Positions 17,516-27,035 of a stretch of 64,000 nt of DNA are shown piece after piece. The translations under genes were made by a program, and so were the position numbers. The DNA is from Minisyncoccia bacterium (GTDB lineage Bacteria; Patescibacteriota; Minisyncoccia; Phycocordibacterales; GWA1-40-21). The notes beneath the pieces were generated by a model. The model worked only from the letters and a program-made list of their open reading frames with translations. It ran no database searches and was not told where the DNA came from. Location of the stretch: NCBI GenBank assembly GCA_049287185.1, contig JBAQFI010000012.1, positions 54,659 to 118,658 on the forward strand, read 5' to 3'. Numbering within the stretch: the stretch's first letter is position 1; each line of letters opens with the position of its first letter.

Positions 17516-17558
17516 TATCATAGACAATTTACGCATCGAATAGTCATTTATAACTATT

Positions 17559-17849
17559 TTAAATAGATAGTTGAATCATTTCATAGGAAAATAATACAAA
17601 TAACAAACAAATTAATATACAAAAAATAATATATAGATACTTTATAAACATTTTTTGTGTAGAGAAACTCTTAAATATTATTACCAAACAAATAATGTAA
17701 ATACTAATTGTTAAAATATATGATGATAGGTTGTCAGTGTAACTGGCATATGCTATATCAGCGAAAGATGCGGCGGAACCAAAAATAAATAATAAAAAAA
17801 CAGTAATTGTTAATAATATTCCGTGAGATTTATTTAAATCATTTTCCAT
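17559..17849 (-). CDS. possible small membrane protein
   Basis: 96-aa ORF in a very AT-rich stretch; hydrophobic; weak support. Confidence 0.2.
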   Translation of the reverse strand: MENDLNKSHGILLTITVFLLFIFGSAASFADIAYASYTDNLSSYILTISIYIICLVIIFKSFSTQKMFIKYLYIIFCILICLLFVLFSYEMIQLSI

Positions 17850-17895
17850 TACAAAATTATATCATAAAATTATATTTGTTTTGAAATCTATTATG

Positions 17896-17932
17896 ATTCC
17901 TGGATTCCCGCCTGCGCGGGAATGACAAGAGG
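17896..17932. repeat. solo palindromic repeat
   Basis: attcctggattcccgcctgcgcgggaatgacaagagg, near-identical to 18654-18690. Confidence 0.8.
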
Positions 17933-18023
17933 GTTGTAAAACCTCTAGAAAGGAGTAGTATTCAAAAAGAGCAAAACTAGTAATTTAAACAACAAAAAAG
18001 ACTAAAAAGTCAGGGAGGTTCAA

Positions 18024-18500
18024 ATGACTGAGCATCTTTACTATTTAGATGAAAAATTGTGTTTACATTTAGGAATAGATGCAAATACAATGCGATTCTT
18101 CGCTTTTCTTTTGATTCTTGTATTTGCTTCGATTTGCTTCTTGATTTACAATTTTGCAAAAAATCGTAAATTTAAGATCAATCAAATCAGATACTTTGGT
18201 CGACTACTGACCAAAAAATCAGAGGAAGATGACCTGGTCATCAAGAAACTAATAGCAGAAAGGCTAATCTGTATCAGTTGCGAAAGATGTGAAATAGAAA
18301 AGATTTTGAGGCGGAGGAGAAGAGAGTATGAGGAATTGGCCATAAAGAAACATCCGGAAATACCCTCAGATAGATTTAAAATGATTAGTCTGACGATCAA
18401 AATATTTGATTGTGAGACTGAACTCAAGAGAGTAACAAATAATTATGAGGAAGCTCTGAACTTGGTCTATGAAGCTGGCTTTGATCCAGAAAAATTTTAG
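18024..18500 (+). CDS. membrane-anchored hypothetical protein with CxxCxxC
   Basis: RBS agggagg; TM FFAFLLILVFASICFLIY; CISCERCEIE; Arg-rich RRRRREYEE. Confidence 0.4.
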   Translation: MTEHLYYLDEKLCLHLGIDANTMRFFAFLLILVFASICFLIYNFAKNRKFKINQIRYFGRLLTKKSEEDDLVIKKLIAERLICISCERCEIEKILRRRRREYEELAIKKHPEIPSDRFKMISLTIKIFDCETELKRVTNNYEEALNLVYEAGFDPEKF

Positions 18501-18523
18501 TATGTATAAACACAACAGGGGCG

Positions 18524-18550
18524 AGTATTACTTGCCCCTGTTTTTTCTTT
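18524..18550 (+). terminator. rho-independent terminator
   Basis: acaggggc-gagtattactt-gcccctgttttttc. Confidence 0.8.
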
Positions 18551-18551
18551 T

Positions 18552-18690
18552 TCTGTCATCCTCGCGCACCACAAGGGCATTTCCATTTTCTAATCGCTAT
18601 GCTCAAGAAGATTAGGTCATTGCGGGGATCTAGAGATTATATTTATATGCGAATAATCCTGGATTCCCGCCTGCGCGGGAATGACAAAAT
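18552..18690. repeat. repeat cluster: half-palindrome, RS-like 52-nt element, half-palindrome, solo palindrome
   Basis: tgtcatcctcgcg, caccacaagggcatttccattttctaatcgctatgctcaagaagattaggtc, attgcggggatc, then aatcctggattcccgcctgcgcgggaatgacaaaat. Confidence 0.8.
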
Positions 18691-18707
18691 ATGTTAGAAT
18701 TACTCGC

Positions 18708-20354
18708 ATGACTCAATCTGAAGCGCTAGAAATATTGAAAAGCGGGCACAATGCTTACGTGACTGGACCGGCTGGATCTGGTAAAACTTATTTGTTAAAT
18801 AAGTATATTAAATTTTTGCGTGATAATAATGTTGAGGTGGGGATTACTGCTTCAACCGGTCTTGCTGCCACGCACATGGGTGGAGTGACTATCCATGCCT
18901 GGTCTGGACTAGGCATTCGAAATGAACTAACTGAATATGATTTAGATAAGCTAGAAGAACGACAATATCTTTGGCGTCGGTTTGAAAAGGTAAAAGTTTT
19001 GATTATTGATGAAGTTTCGATGCTTCACCACTATCGCTTGGATTTGGTGGATAGAGTTTTGCGACATTTTAAACGTAATGAAAAACCTTTTGGCGGAATC
19101 CAAGTAGTTTTGTGTGGAGATTTCTTTCAATTACCACCAGTGGTCCGGGCAGGTGAGCCGAAGGCCCAGTTTGCCTATAATTCTGAGGCTTGGAAAAGTC
19201 TAGATTTGCGAATTTGTTATCTAGAAGAACAACATCGTCAAACTGATAAAGATTTTATTGGAGTTTTGAATGCTATTCGCGAAGCCCGAGTAAATGAAGA
19301 AACATTAAATTTGCTACGCAATTGCTATGGCAAAAAATCTAAGTGCGATATTGAACCGACTAGGCTTCACACTCATAATGAAAATGTCGATACTATAAAT
19401 GCTGCCGAACTAAAAAAAATTACCGGGGATACTTATACTTATAAAATGTCTGACAAGGGAGCGGAAAGATTGGTAGAACTTTTAGAAAAAAGTTGTTTGG
19501 CTCCGAGAGAACTGCATCTTAAAGTTGGGGCCAAAGTGATGTTTGTCAAAAATAATAATGAACAGGGTTTTGTAAATGGAACTCTAGGTGTAGTCGAAAG
19601 TTGTGACCACTTTGGACCAATCGTTAGAACTACTACTGGTCAGATAATTAAGGTGGAACCGGCTACCTGGATGATTGAGGAAAATGGCAAGCTAAAAGCT
19701 GAAATCAAACAGTATCCACTCCGCCTGGCGTGGGCTATAACAGTCCACAAGAGCCAAGGGATGAGTTTGGACTCGGTAGAGGTAGATTTGTCTAAATCCT
19801 TTGAAAAGGGTATGGGTTACGTGGCCTTGTCTCGTGTGCGTACTTTAGCCGGTTTGAAGCTCCTGGGACTCAATAAGAACGCCCTGGAAGTTAGTGAGGA
19901 GATTTTGAAATATGACGGGGAGATGAGGAGAATCTCCATGGAACAAACTGCTGAGCAAAATCAACTGGCTGTTGAAATTAAAAACAGGGAACAAGCGGAA
20001 TTTTTAACTAAAATAAAATCTAGCAAGAAAGATAAAGTGAAGAAAAAGACGGCGGCGGAAGAGATCAAAGAACTGCTGCGCGAAAAGAAAAGTCTAAAAG
20101 AAATGGCCAAGATTCGCGGGGTTAAAGTAGAATCAATACTTGATAATCTTGAGAAAATTGCCGATGTCGAAGGTCATGCCAGTATGAGCCATCTTAAGAA
20201 GGAAATTTCGTCTGTAAAGTTTAAAAAAATTTATTCTGCTTTCAAAGATATGTTTAGTGAGAATCGGGATTATCGCTTATCTCCTATAAAAAACAAGTTA
20301 GGGTCAGGCGTAACTTTCGAAGAAATACGTTTGGTGAGGTTATTTGTTAAATAA
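18708..20354 (+). CDS. Pif1/RecD-like SF1B DNA helicase with ~150-aa Lys-rich C-terminal extension
   Basis: GPAGSGKTYLL, LIIDEVSM, GDFFQLPPV, TVHKSQGMSLD, YVALSRVR. ORF-track start 18681 is inside the repeat; 18708 (MTQSEALEIL) preferred. Confidence 0.75.
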   Translation: MTQSEALEILKSGHNAYVTGPAGSGKTYLLNKYIKFLRDNNVEVGITASTGLAATHMGGVTIHAWSGLGIRNELTEYDLDKLEERQYLWRRFEKVKVLIIDEVSMLHHYRLDLVDRVLRHFKRNEKPFGGIQVVLCGDFFQLPPVVRAGEPKAQFAYNSEAWKSLDLRICYLEEQHRQTDKDFIGVLNAIREARVNEETLNLLRNCYGKKSKCDIEPTRLHTHNENVDTINAAELKKITGDTYTYKMSDKGAERLVELLEKSCLAPRELHLKVGAKVMFVKNNNEQGFVNGTLGVVESCDHFGPIVRTTTGQIIKVEPATWMIEENGKLKAEIKQYPLRLAWAITVHKSQGMSLDSVEVDLSKSFEKGMGYVALSRVRTLAGLKLLGLNKNALEVSEEILKYDGEMRRISMEQTAEQNQLAVEIKNREQAEFLTKIKSSKKDKVKKKTAAEEIKELLREKKSLKEMAKIRGVKVESILDNLEKIADVEGHASMSHLKKEISSVKFKKIYSAFKDMFSENRDYRLSPIKNKLGSGVTFEEIRLVRLFVK

Positions 20355-20360
20355 TTTTTT

Positions 20361-20492
20361 TGTCATTCCCGACTCGATCGGGAATCCAGGAATCAATATG
20401 TAGTCTTAATACAAAAAGACTGGATCCCCGTCTTCACGGGGATGACAAAGAGTGGGGAATAAAAAATTGATATATACGGGAATGACAGAAAT
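20361..20492. repeat. composite MITE-like repeat plus extra half-site
   Basis: tgtcattcccgactcgatcgggaatccagg, spacer, gactggatccccgtcttcacggggatgacaaagag, then acgggaatgacagaaatg. Confidence 0.8.
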
Positions 20493-20518
20493 GAGTAAAA
20501 TACGCTATAATATTTACT

Positions 20519-22396
20519 ATGAAGACTGTTTTTCGCTATGTAAATCTGTTTGACGTTATTCTGGTCCCGCTACTTTTGGCTACTTTAATTTTAAATATTT
20601 TTTTCTTAGATAAAAATAATTTAAATTATGAATATTTCTATAATTATTTTGTTCTGTTCGTGGCTATTATTGGTACTATCCCAGTCGTTTACAGCGCTTA
20701 TAAGGCTTTAATTAATCGACGTTTATCTGTTGATTTATTGGCTAGTGTGGCCTTGATTTTTTCTCTTTTAGCTAATGAATGGACCTCAGCTATTTTTATT
20801 AACTTGATGCTCACCTCCGCCCGTATATTTATGTCTTACAATGAAGGTAAGGCTAGAAGAAATATTGATAGTTTACTGAAACTGAGACCAATACAAATTA
20901 AAGTTAAGCGCGGGTCAGACATTATTGAACTACTACCAAAAGAAGTTTTAATTGGTGATATTGTCATCGTTGATTTAGGTGAACGGCTACCGATTGATGG
21001 AGTGGTGATTTCAGGTGAAGCTGACGTTGATGAGTCATCACTGACAGGTGAATCTATGCCAGTTTTGAAAAAGAAGGACAGTCGAGTTTTTGCTTCAACA
21101 CTTATTAAAACAGGTCAGCTCGAAATTCGCGCAGAAAAAGTTGGAGGTGAGACTACTCTAGAAAAAATAATTAAAATGGTAGAAGCCGCTCAACTGGAAA
21201 AGCCGGATATTCACACCACCGCGGAAAAGTTCGCCAATTGGTATTTAGTTACAGTTTTCATTGGGGCGGTTTTGGCTTACGTTTTCACTGGTAACCTTTT
21301 ATTTGTTCTAGCTATCATGCTGGTAGTTTGTGCCGATGATGTGGCGGTGGCCGTACCTTTAACCTTTTTGACCGCCATAAGCTATGCTGCTAAACGCGGA
21401 ATAATTATTAAAGGAGCCAGTTACTTGGAGGTGCTTCATAAAGTTAACACTATTTATTTTGATAAAACTGGAACCCTAACTGAAGGGAAATTGAATATTG
21501 AAAGATTTGAATGTAGTGACGGAGTTAAATGTGATGATTTTATGCGTTATGCTGGAACACTGACTGCGTTGTCAGACCATCCAGTATCAAAGGCAGTCTT
21601 TATTTTTGTTAAAACTAAATTTGGCATTTATTCACAGATTCCCAATAAAATACAGGAGATACCAGGCAGGGGCTTAATTGGAGACATGGACAATATTAAA
21701 ATTCTACTTGGCCGTCTGAGTTTTGCCGAGAATAACAATTTTTCTATTAAGGAAAGTATAAGAGAAAAAATTATTAAGGAAGAGGAACAGGGTTTTAATG
21801 TAACGGTGGTTGGTATTAATGGAGTAGTTGAAGGATATTTTGTTATTGCTGATAAGATTAAAGATAATATTGCTGAGGCTATCGCCAAAATGAAGGAGGC
21901 GGGCATAAAAGAATTAGTAATGCTAACTGGGGACAATGAAAGAATAGCTAAAAGAATAACTGCTACTTTAGGTCTGACAGGATACCACGCTAATTTATTG
22001 CCAGAACAAAAATTGGAATTCATAAGAGCAAAAATCAAATTGGGACAAAAAGTGGTGATGATTGGCGATGGGGTTAATGATGCGGCGTCTCTAGCTTTGG
22101 CCGATGTTGGCATTGCTATGGGAGCGATTGGAATGGACACCGCCATAGAATCGGCCGATATTGTTTTAATGAAAGACGATCTATCAAAAGTGCCTGAACT
22201 TATGGATATTGCCAAGTATTCTCTGCGGATTGCTAATCAAGATTTTCTTATCTGGGGTTTTACAAATGTTGTTGGTCTATGGCTGGTACTCATATCCGTT
22301 TTTGGACCGACAGGCGCTTCTATGTATAATTTCTTGACCGACTTCTTACCACTGCTTAACTCCACTAGAATTTTTGGTTTATATTTGAGAAAATGA
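20519..22396 (+). CDS. P-type cation-transporting ATPase, P1B-like topology, no N-terminal metal-binding domain, TM motif CAD instead of CPC
   Basis: TGES actuator, DKTGTLT, TGDN, GDGVNDAASLALADVGIAMG; four TM before A-domain; MLVVCADDVAVAVPLT where CPCAL is expected; TATAAT 7 nt before ATG. Confidence 0.75.
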   Translation: MKTVFRYVNLFDVILVPLLLATLILNIFFLDKNNLNYEYFYNYFVLFVAIIGTIPVVYSAYKALINRRLSVDLLASVALIFSLLANEWTSAIFINLMLTSARIFMSYNEGKARRNIDSLLKLRPIQIKVKRGSDIIELLPKEVLIGDIVIVDLGERLPIDGVVISGEADVDESSLTGESMPVLKKKDSRVFASTLIKTGQLEIRAEKVGGETTLEKIIKMVEAAQLEKPDIHTTAEKFANWYLVTVFIGAVLAYVFTGNLLFVLAIMLVVCADDVAVAVPLTFLTAISYAAKRGIIIKGASYLEVLHKVNTIYFDKTGTLTEGKLNIERFECSDGVKCDDFMRYAGTLTALSDHPVSKAVFIFVKTKFGIYSQIPNKIQEIPGRGLIGDMDNIKILLGRLSFAENNNFSIKESIREKIIKEEEQGFNVTVVGINGVVEGYFVIADKIKDNIAEAIAKMKEAGIKELVMLTGDNERIAKRITATLGLTGYHANLLPEQKLEFIRAKIKLGQKVVMIGDGVNDAASLALADVGIAMGAIGMDTAIESADIVLMKDDLSKVPELMDIAKYSLRIANQDFLIWGFTNVVGLWLVLISVFGPTGASMYNFLTDFLPLLNSTRIFGLYLRK

Positions 22397-22422
22397 TTAG
22401 ATCAGTTAAAATTTAAATAAAT

Positions 22423-23454
22423 ATGGAAGATAGTCACAAAATACACAGAAGAGCAGATTTACTAAAAAAGTTTGAAAAGGGAGCTTATTATTTTATGCTG
22501 ACCTTCGTAATTGTATTTGTTGTTTACAGTGTGACAACAGAAACAGTTTGGTGGCAAAAGGTACAAAATCGTTTTTCTCCGGTAAGTTGTGTAGCTCCGA
22601 TTATGTACAGAATCGATAAGATAGATGAAAGATTTAATTTGGAAAGGGAAGAATTGGAGTCTTTAGTTACCGAGGCCTCAGAATATTGGAATGATGGTTT
22701 TTCAAAATACATACTCTTTGCTTCTTCAACTGAATCTAATGCTATAACCATTAATATGGTTTATGACTTGCGTCAGGAGGCCACTCACACTCTTCAGGTC
22801 CTCGATACAAATATTTCAGAAAATAAAGTCGTTTATGATGCGCTAAAAAATCAGTATTCAACAAAAAAAGATGTCTATGATTCATTGATGGTTGAGTACA
22901 ATAATTTAGTTGCCAACTACGAGAAGAAATTAAATGAATATACTACCGGAGTGGAATATTGGAATGCTAGAGGTGGGGCGCCTGAAGCAGAATTTAAAAA
23001 ATACGAGAATTTGAAGAGTGAAATATCTGATATGTCTAAGATTGTGAGTAGTAAACTAAGGGTTTTGAACTCACTGGTTGATGAATTAAATCTTCTCGGT
23101 GAAAAAATTCAAAAAGAGGCGGTAGCGGTGAATAAGGATATCGAAAATTATAATAATTCTGGTCTGGTCGGAAAAGAGTTTGAACAGGGTTTATATTCTT
23201 CACGTGGTTTTACTAAAGAAATAAATATTTATCAATTTGATAGTAAGGAAAAATTACTTAATATTATTAAACATGAACTTGGTCATGCTCTAGGAATAGA
23301 ACATAATCTGGATGTAAATTCGATAATGCATAAGATTAATCTAGATACCGCTAAAAACATTTTGCCAGATGATTTGAAACAAATTGTGGTAAATTGTCGA
23401 CAACAAGATAGAATTGATATAGTTTTAGATTGGGTTCAAGCTATTTTGAAGTAG
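22423..23454 (+). CDS. membrane-anchored metzincin-type zinc metalloprotease with coiled-coil region
   Basis: HELGHALGIEHNLDVNSIMH = HExxHxxGxxH plus Met-turn; N-terminal TM FMLTFVIVFVVYSV. Confidence 0.6.
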   Translation: MEDSHKIHRRADLLKKFEKGAYYFMLTFVIVFVVYSVTTETVWWQKVQNRFSPVSCVAPIMYRIDKIDERFNLEREELESLVTEASEYWNDGFSKYILFASSTESNAITINMVYDLRQEATHTLQVLDTNISENKVVYDALKNQYSTKKDVYDSLMVEYNNLVANYEKKLNEYTTGVEYWNARGGAPEAEFKKYENLKSEISDMSKIVSSKLRVLNSLVDELNLLGEKIQKEAVAVNKDIENYNNSGLVGKEFEQGLYSSRGFTKEINIYQFDSKEKLLNIIKHELGHALGIEHNLDVNSIMHKINLDTAKNILPDDLKQIVVNCRQQDRIDIVLDWVQAILK

Positions 23455-23608
23455 ATTTACTTAATCAATTTATGTATATTGAACGGGGAGTTTACCCTTG
23501 ATTTTTTACCATAAATATGGTAGTATAGTGTGAGAAAAGTAAATTAACAAATAACAATAAGGGTAAATACGTAACTTTATACGTATTTGCTGAAAAAGGG
23601 AGGTTTTC

Positions 23609-24442
23609 ATGGCTGCAATATTTGATAAAGCAAAGGAACTAGCTGAGAAGCTGGTTAGTAAAGCAAAAAAAATTAAAGAGCAAGCTAGTAAGAAACGACG
23701 TGAACTTTCGGAACGACATAAGGCTACTTTAGATTTTCCTGAACCGGGTTTCGGTTTGAATACCTGGGATGAACTCTATAAAATCTGCGATATTAAAACA
23801 GATTTTGTTGGAGCAAAAATTCCATATATTCCTAAACCATACAACTCAAAAAAGGAATTAAAAAAACCTTGGCGACGTCATTTTCTTGCGGTTCCGGGTC
23901 AGATTGATTTAAAGTTTGCCTTGGAATTAACGAAAGTAATAGCCGAAAAAGTCCTGGATGCAGATTTCGAAATTGATGAAAGAATTTTGGAATATGCTGA
24001 AGAGTATCACGGTCGACGTTTTGGTGGATCATACTACGTTCGGTATTTGGATGAAGCAGCACGAAACAATTCCTTTACTGATTATGGTGTCAAAGCTATA
24101 TTAGAAAAAGGAAATCCGAAAGTAATGAGCTTACTGGAGACCCTGATACTTTTCTGTTATTACATTCTTTGTCACGACAGAATGACCTGGAATAGATTAA
24201 AGGATGTTGTTTGTCCGGAGACAAATATCAGGAGTGGCTCTGATGATGTGTCTGAAGTTGCCGTTTTTGCGGTCAACAATATTGCCTTTAATGGACCAAA
24301 CATAAAGCCGGAAGTATGTTCACTTAAGGATTTTAAAGGAATCAAAGTACATACTTATGCCAAAATCAAAATTTCCATTAAGTTCATCCCTGTCAGTGAA
24401 CTTAAGTGGAATCAATGGCCGAGACAAGTCCTGGTCAAATAA
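23609..24442 (+). CDS. hypothetical protein
   Basis: 277 aa; RBS aaaagggagg; followed by terminator. Confidence 0.4.
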   Translation: MAAIFDKAKELAEKLVSKAKKIKEQASKKRRELSERHKATLDFPEPGFGLNTWDELYKICDIKTDFVGAKIPYIPKPYNSKKELKKPWRRHFLAVPGQIDLKFALELTKVIAEKVLDADFEIDERILEYAEEYHGRRFGGSYYVRYLDEAARNNSFTDYGVKAILEKGNPKVMSLLETLILFCYYILCHDRMTWNRLKDVVCPETNIRSGSDDVSEVAVFAVNNIAFNGPNIKPEVCSLKDFKGIKVHTYAKIKISIKFIPVSELKWNQWPRQVLVK

Positions 24443-24451
24443 ATGAAATCA

Positions 24452-24486
24452 TAAGCCGCGATTGGAAATCGCGGCTTTTTTTTATT
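24452..24486 (+). terminator. rho-independent terminator
   Basis: aagccgcgatt-ggaa-atcgcggcttttttttt. Confidence 0.85.
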
Positions 24487-24514
24487 TATACTAAGTGTTA
24501 AGATTACTCGCAAT

Positions 24515-25012
24515 ATGATGTTGTTTACTCACACGATTATTGGAACGGCGGCTGCGGGGCTAGTAGCGGGCAATCCTGTTTTAGGCTTTGGGCTAGCACT
24601 CGGTAGCCATTATTTATCTGACGTGGTGCCACATTGGGAATATAAATTGATAACCAAATCTCTCGATCCTGACTTTGAGGAAAAAATATTGTGGACCGAC
24701 AAAAATCTTTGGATGGATATTTTAAAACTCGGTGTTGATTTTGGTTTGGGTATCGTCGTTTCAATATTGTTATTTAAGTTTTATTTTAATGTTGATTGGC
24801 TAACTATCATTGTTGGTATTATTGGAGGTGTTTTGCCTGATATTTTACAATTTGCTTATGCAAAAATTAAAAAAGAACCTTTTCTGTTATTTCAAAAGAT
24901 TCACAATTTTTTCCATAGTGATATTAAATGGTCAAAACAACCAATTAAAGGAATATCAATACAAATAATATCTATCGCATTATTTATCAGCCTTTTTTAC
25001 TGGAGCTTTTAG
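24515..25012 (+). CDS. membrane-bound metal-dependent hydrolase-like protein (YdjM/DUF457-like)
   Basis: MMLFTHTIIGTAAAGLVAG...SHYLSDVVPHWEY pattern of His/Asp in TM segments; four TM. Confidence 0.35.
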   Translation: MMLFTHTIIGTAAAGLVAGNPVLGFGLALGSHYLSDVVPHWEYKLITKSLDPDFEEKILWTDKNLWMDILKLGVDFGLGIVVSILLFKFYFNVDWLTIIVGIIGGVLPDILQFAYAKIKKEPFLLFQKIHNFFHSDIKWSKQPIKGISIQIISIALFISLFYWSF

Positions 25013-25726
25013 ACCGATAAGATTAAGAAAAATATCCTTTTCCTCATTTTTTATAGGTTTGAAATCACCAGGTTGCAATCCCCGCAAGGTTATATTTGCC
25101 AGTCGTTCTCGTTTGATTTGGTCAGCCTCACTTTTATAGGAACTCAACATCTTTTTTATCTGATGGCTTTTTTCCTCGTATAAGGTCAAGGATAGTGTTT
25201 TTTCGTCTATCTCCTTAACTTTTGCTGGTATGGTTTTTTCGTCGTCAAGAAAAATACCCTCCTTGAACTTTTTGATCATTAGAGGTTTAAAGGGTTCTCT
25301 AGTTTTAATCAAATATTCTCGTTCATAGTTGTAGTGTAAGAGTTGAGTGGTCAGACGGCCATCATTGGTAACTATAATTAGTCCAGAAATATCTCTTTCT
25401 AGTGAGTTGGCTACAAACGTTTTAGTTTTCTTGAGAAAATCCATCAAAACAGTGTCGTCATCGTTGACGGTTTCACCCTCGGGTTTGTAATAGGCAAAAT
25501 AGTCATGTTGAACCATTTTATTCTGATCAAGTAATTCCACCTTATCATCACGCATTACTTTGTCTCCAAGTTCAGCCACTTTACCGTTTATCAAAACTTT
25601 TTTACGTAAAATATATTCATCAGCTTGGCGACGAGTAGTCCAACCTTGATGGGCAATATACTTGTTGATTCGCATCGGAAAAGTATTATTGTTAGGTATT
25701 GCTTCACGTTTCTTAAAATGTAACAT
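24980..25726 (-). CDS. rRNA pseudouridine synthase, RsuA/RluB family (S4 domain + PseudoU_synth_2)
   Basis: S4 RINKYIAHQGWTTRRQADEYILRKKVLINGK; catalytic RDISGLIIVTNDGRLTTQL. Confidence 0.8.
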   Translation of the reverse strand: MLHFKKREAIPNNNTFPMRINKYIAHQGWTTRRQADEYILRKKVLINGKVAELGDKVMRDDKVELLDQNKMVQHDYFAYYKPEGETVNDDDTVLMDFLKKTKTFVANSLERDISGLIIVTNDGRLTTQLLHYNYEREYLIKTREPFKPLMIKKFKEGIFLDDEKTIPAKVKEIDEKTLSLTLYEEKSHQIKKMLSSYKSEADQIKRERLANITLRGLQPGDFKPIKNEEKDIFLNLIGLKAPVKKADK

Positions 25727-25838
25727 GGCCTAAGTCTAACCTTTTTTCGTTAAAAACAAAAGGATTTAGTTTGGAATCGTAATATGCTATAATAATTTAA
25801 ACCGTTATAAGCGGTTTTTCTGTTGAACGGACAAATAT

Positions 25839-26471
25839 ATGGAATATTTACAGTTAATTTTCGGATATTTGGATAGTTTTTCATACTTAGCCCTTTTTGT
25901 GTTGGCTTTCTTTAGCGGTATTGTTGTTCCAGTGCCTGAGGAAATAATAATCATTGCCGCCGGGTGGTTTGTTAGTAGAGGTTTTATGAATTTACCAATC
26001 TCCTGGTTTATAATTATTCTAGCTATTTTTATCAGCGATAATTTGATTTTTAGACTCTGTCGTACCGACAATCACCTAATAAATAAATTTCGTAATCGAG
26101 TTCTGGCAATGAAAATAATGAAGCACCGGGATTATATGGAGAAGCACATTGATAAAACAATTTTTTTATCGCGTTTCATTCCCTTTATGCGTTTTGTGGG
26201 ACCAATTTTAGCGGCTACCATCAAAACTCCTAAGAAGGATTTCTTTATTTTTAACACCTTAGCTATAGTAGTGTATACCACACTCATACTTTCTGTCGGC
26301 TATTTCTTCAGTGACCAGATGAATTATATTGCTCATAGTATAAAAGAATTTGACGATGCTATGTTTTGGTTACTAGTCTTTATTTTTGGTTTTTTAATTA
26401 TTAATCACATTAATAACAAATTAGACGTTTCGGCAAAATCCTGTCAGACGGATAATAATCTAATAAAATAA
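25839..26471 (+). CDS. DedA/SNARE-associated family membrane protein
   Basis: VPVPEEIIIIAAGW and FIPFMRFVGPILAATIK DedA core. Confidence 0.6.
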   Translation: MEYLQLIFGYLDSFSYLALFVLAFFSGIVVPVPEEIIIIAAGWFVSRGFMNLPISWFIIILAIFISDNLIFRLCRTDNHLINKFRNRVLAMKIMKHRDYMEKHIDKTIFLSRFIPFMRFVGPILAATIKTPKKDFFIFNTLAIVVYTTLILSVGYFFSDQMNYIAHSIKEFDDAMFWLLVFIFGFLIINHINNKLDVSAKSCQTDNNLIK

Positions 26472-26472
26472 A

Positions 26473-26979
26473 ATGACAACAATTTTCTTAATTTGGTTTC
26501 TATATGCCGTGATTTCGTTTTTAATGTTGCCAGGTGTGGCCTTAGTTTTTTTTCCAATTTTTCCGGCTATGTTTTATCTGTGGGTTCTGGCACTAACTTA
26601 TGGTTTTGTTGATGGTTGGCAACATTTGAGCTTAACCATTTTTGCTGTATTGTCAGCAATCTTTATAATTTCATTTGCTATCGATTTCTTTAGTGGTTTA
26701 CTCGGAGCCAAGCTTTTTGGGGCCTCAAAGAAGGCAATTCTTGGTGCAATCTTTGGAGGTCTCGTCGGAATAATAATCCTTCCGCCCTTTGGTGCCTTGC
26801 CGGGAATTTTTTTGGGAGTATTAATAGTTGAATTATTACAAGCTAAAGATCACGCAAACTCCTTGAAGGCCGCTAGTGGGGCGATGCTTGGTGCCATGAC
26901 CGGTATGATAATCAATTTCTGCCTAGCTCTGAGTTTTCTCCTGCTATTTACCATTTCGGTTCTACTTGAAATTTTATAA
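26473..26979 (+). CDS. small polytopic membrane protein (DUF456-like)
   Basis: 168 aa, four TM, Gly-rich loops ILPPFGALPGIFLG. Confidence 0.35.
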   Translation: MTTIFLIWFLYAVISFLMLPGVALVFFPIFPAMFYLWVLALTYGFVDGWQHLSLTIFAVLSAIFIISFAIDFFSGLLGAKLFGASKKAILGAIFGGLVGIIILPPFGALPGIFLGVLIVELLQAKDHANSLKAASGAMLGAMTGMIINFCLALSFLLLFTISVLLEIL

Positions 26980-26987
26980 CACAAAAT

Positions 26988-27022
26988 TAAAAACCTCTTT
27001 AGAAAATTCTAAAGAGGTTTTA
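26988..27022. terminator. bidirectional terminator
   Basis: aaacctctttag-aaaattc-taaagaggtttt. Confidence 0.75.
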
Positions 27023-27035
27023 ATATGGTTAAAAT

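Noticed and set aside
18681-18707. Upstream in-frame start codons of ORF-track calls (5081, 6690, 10277, 18681, 37690, 40138, 58361)
   Set aside because: The extensions run through repeats or terminators and lack N-terminal homology. Downstream ATGs that match ortholog N-termini were preferred.
21628-22215. 195-aa minus-strand ORF inside the P-type ATPase gene, and similar antisense ORFs (6963-7232, 7494-7772, 11146-11337, 16188-16445, 33229-33459, 44852-45345, 60859-61302, 61408-61704, 62044-62247)
   Set aside because: They lie fully inside well-supported sense genes with clear catalytic motifs, have low-complexity composition and no signals. They are shadow ORFs.
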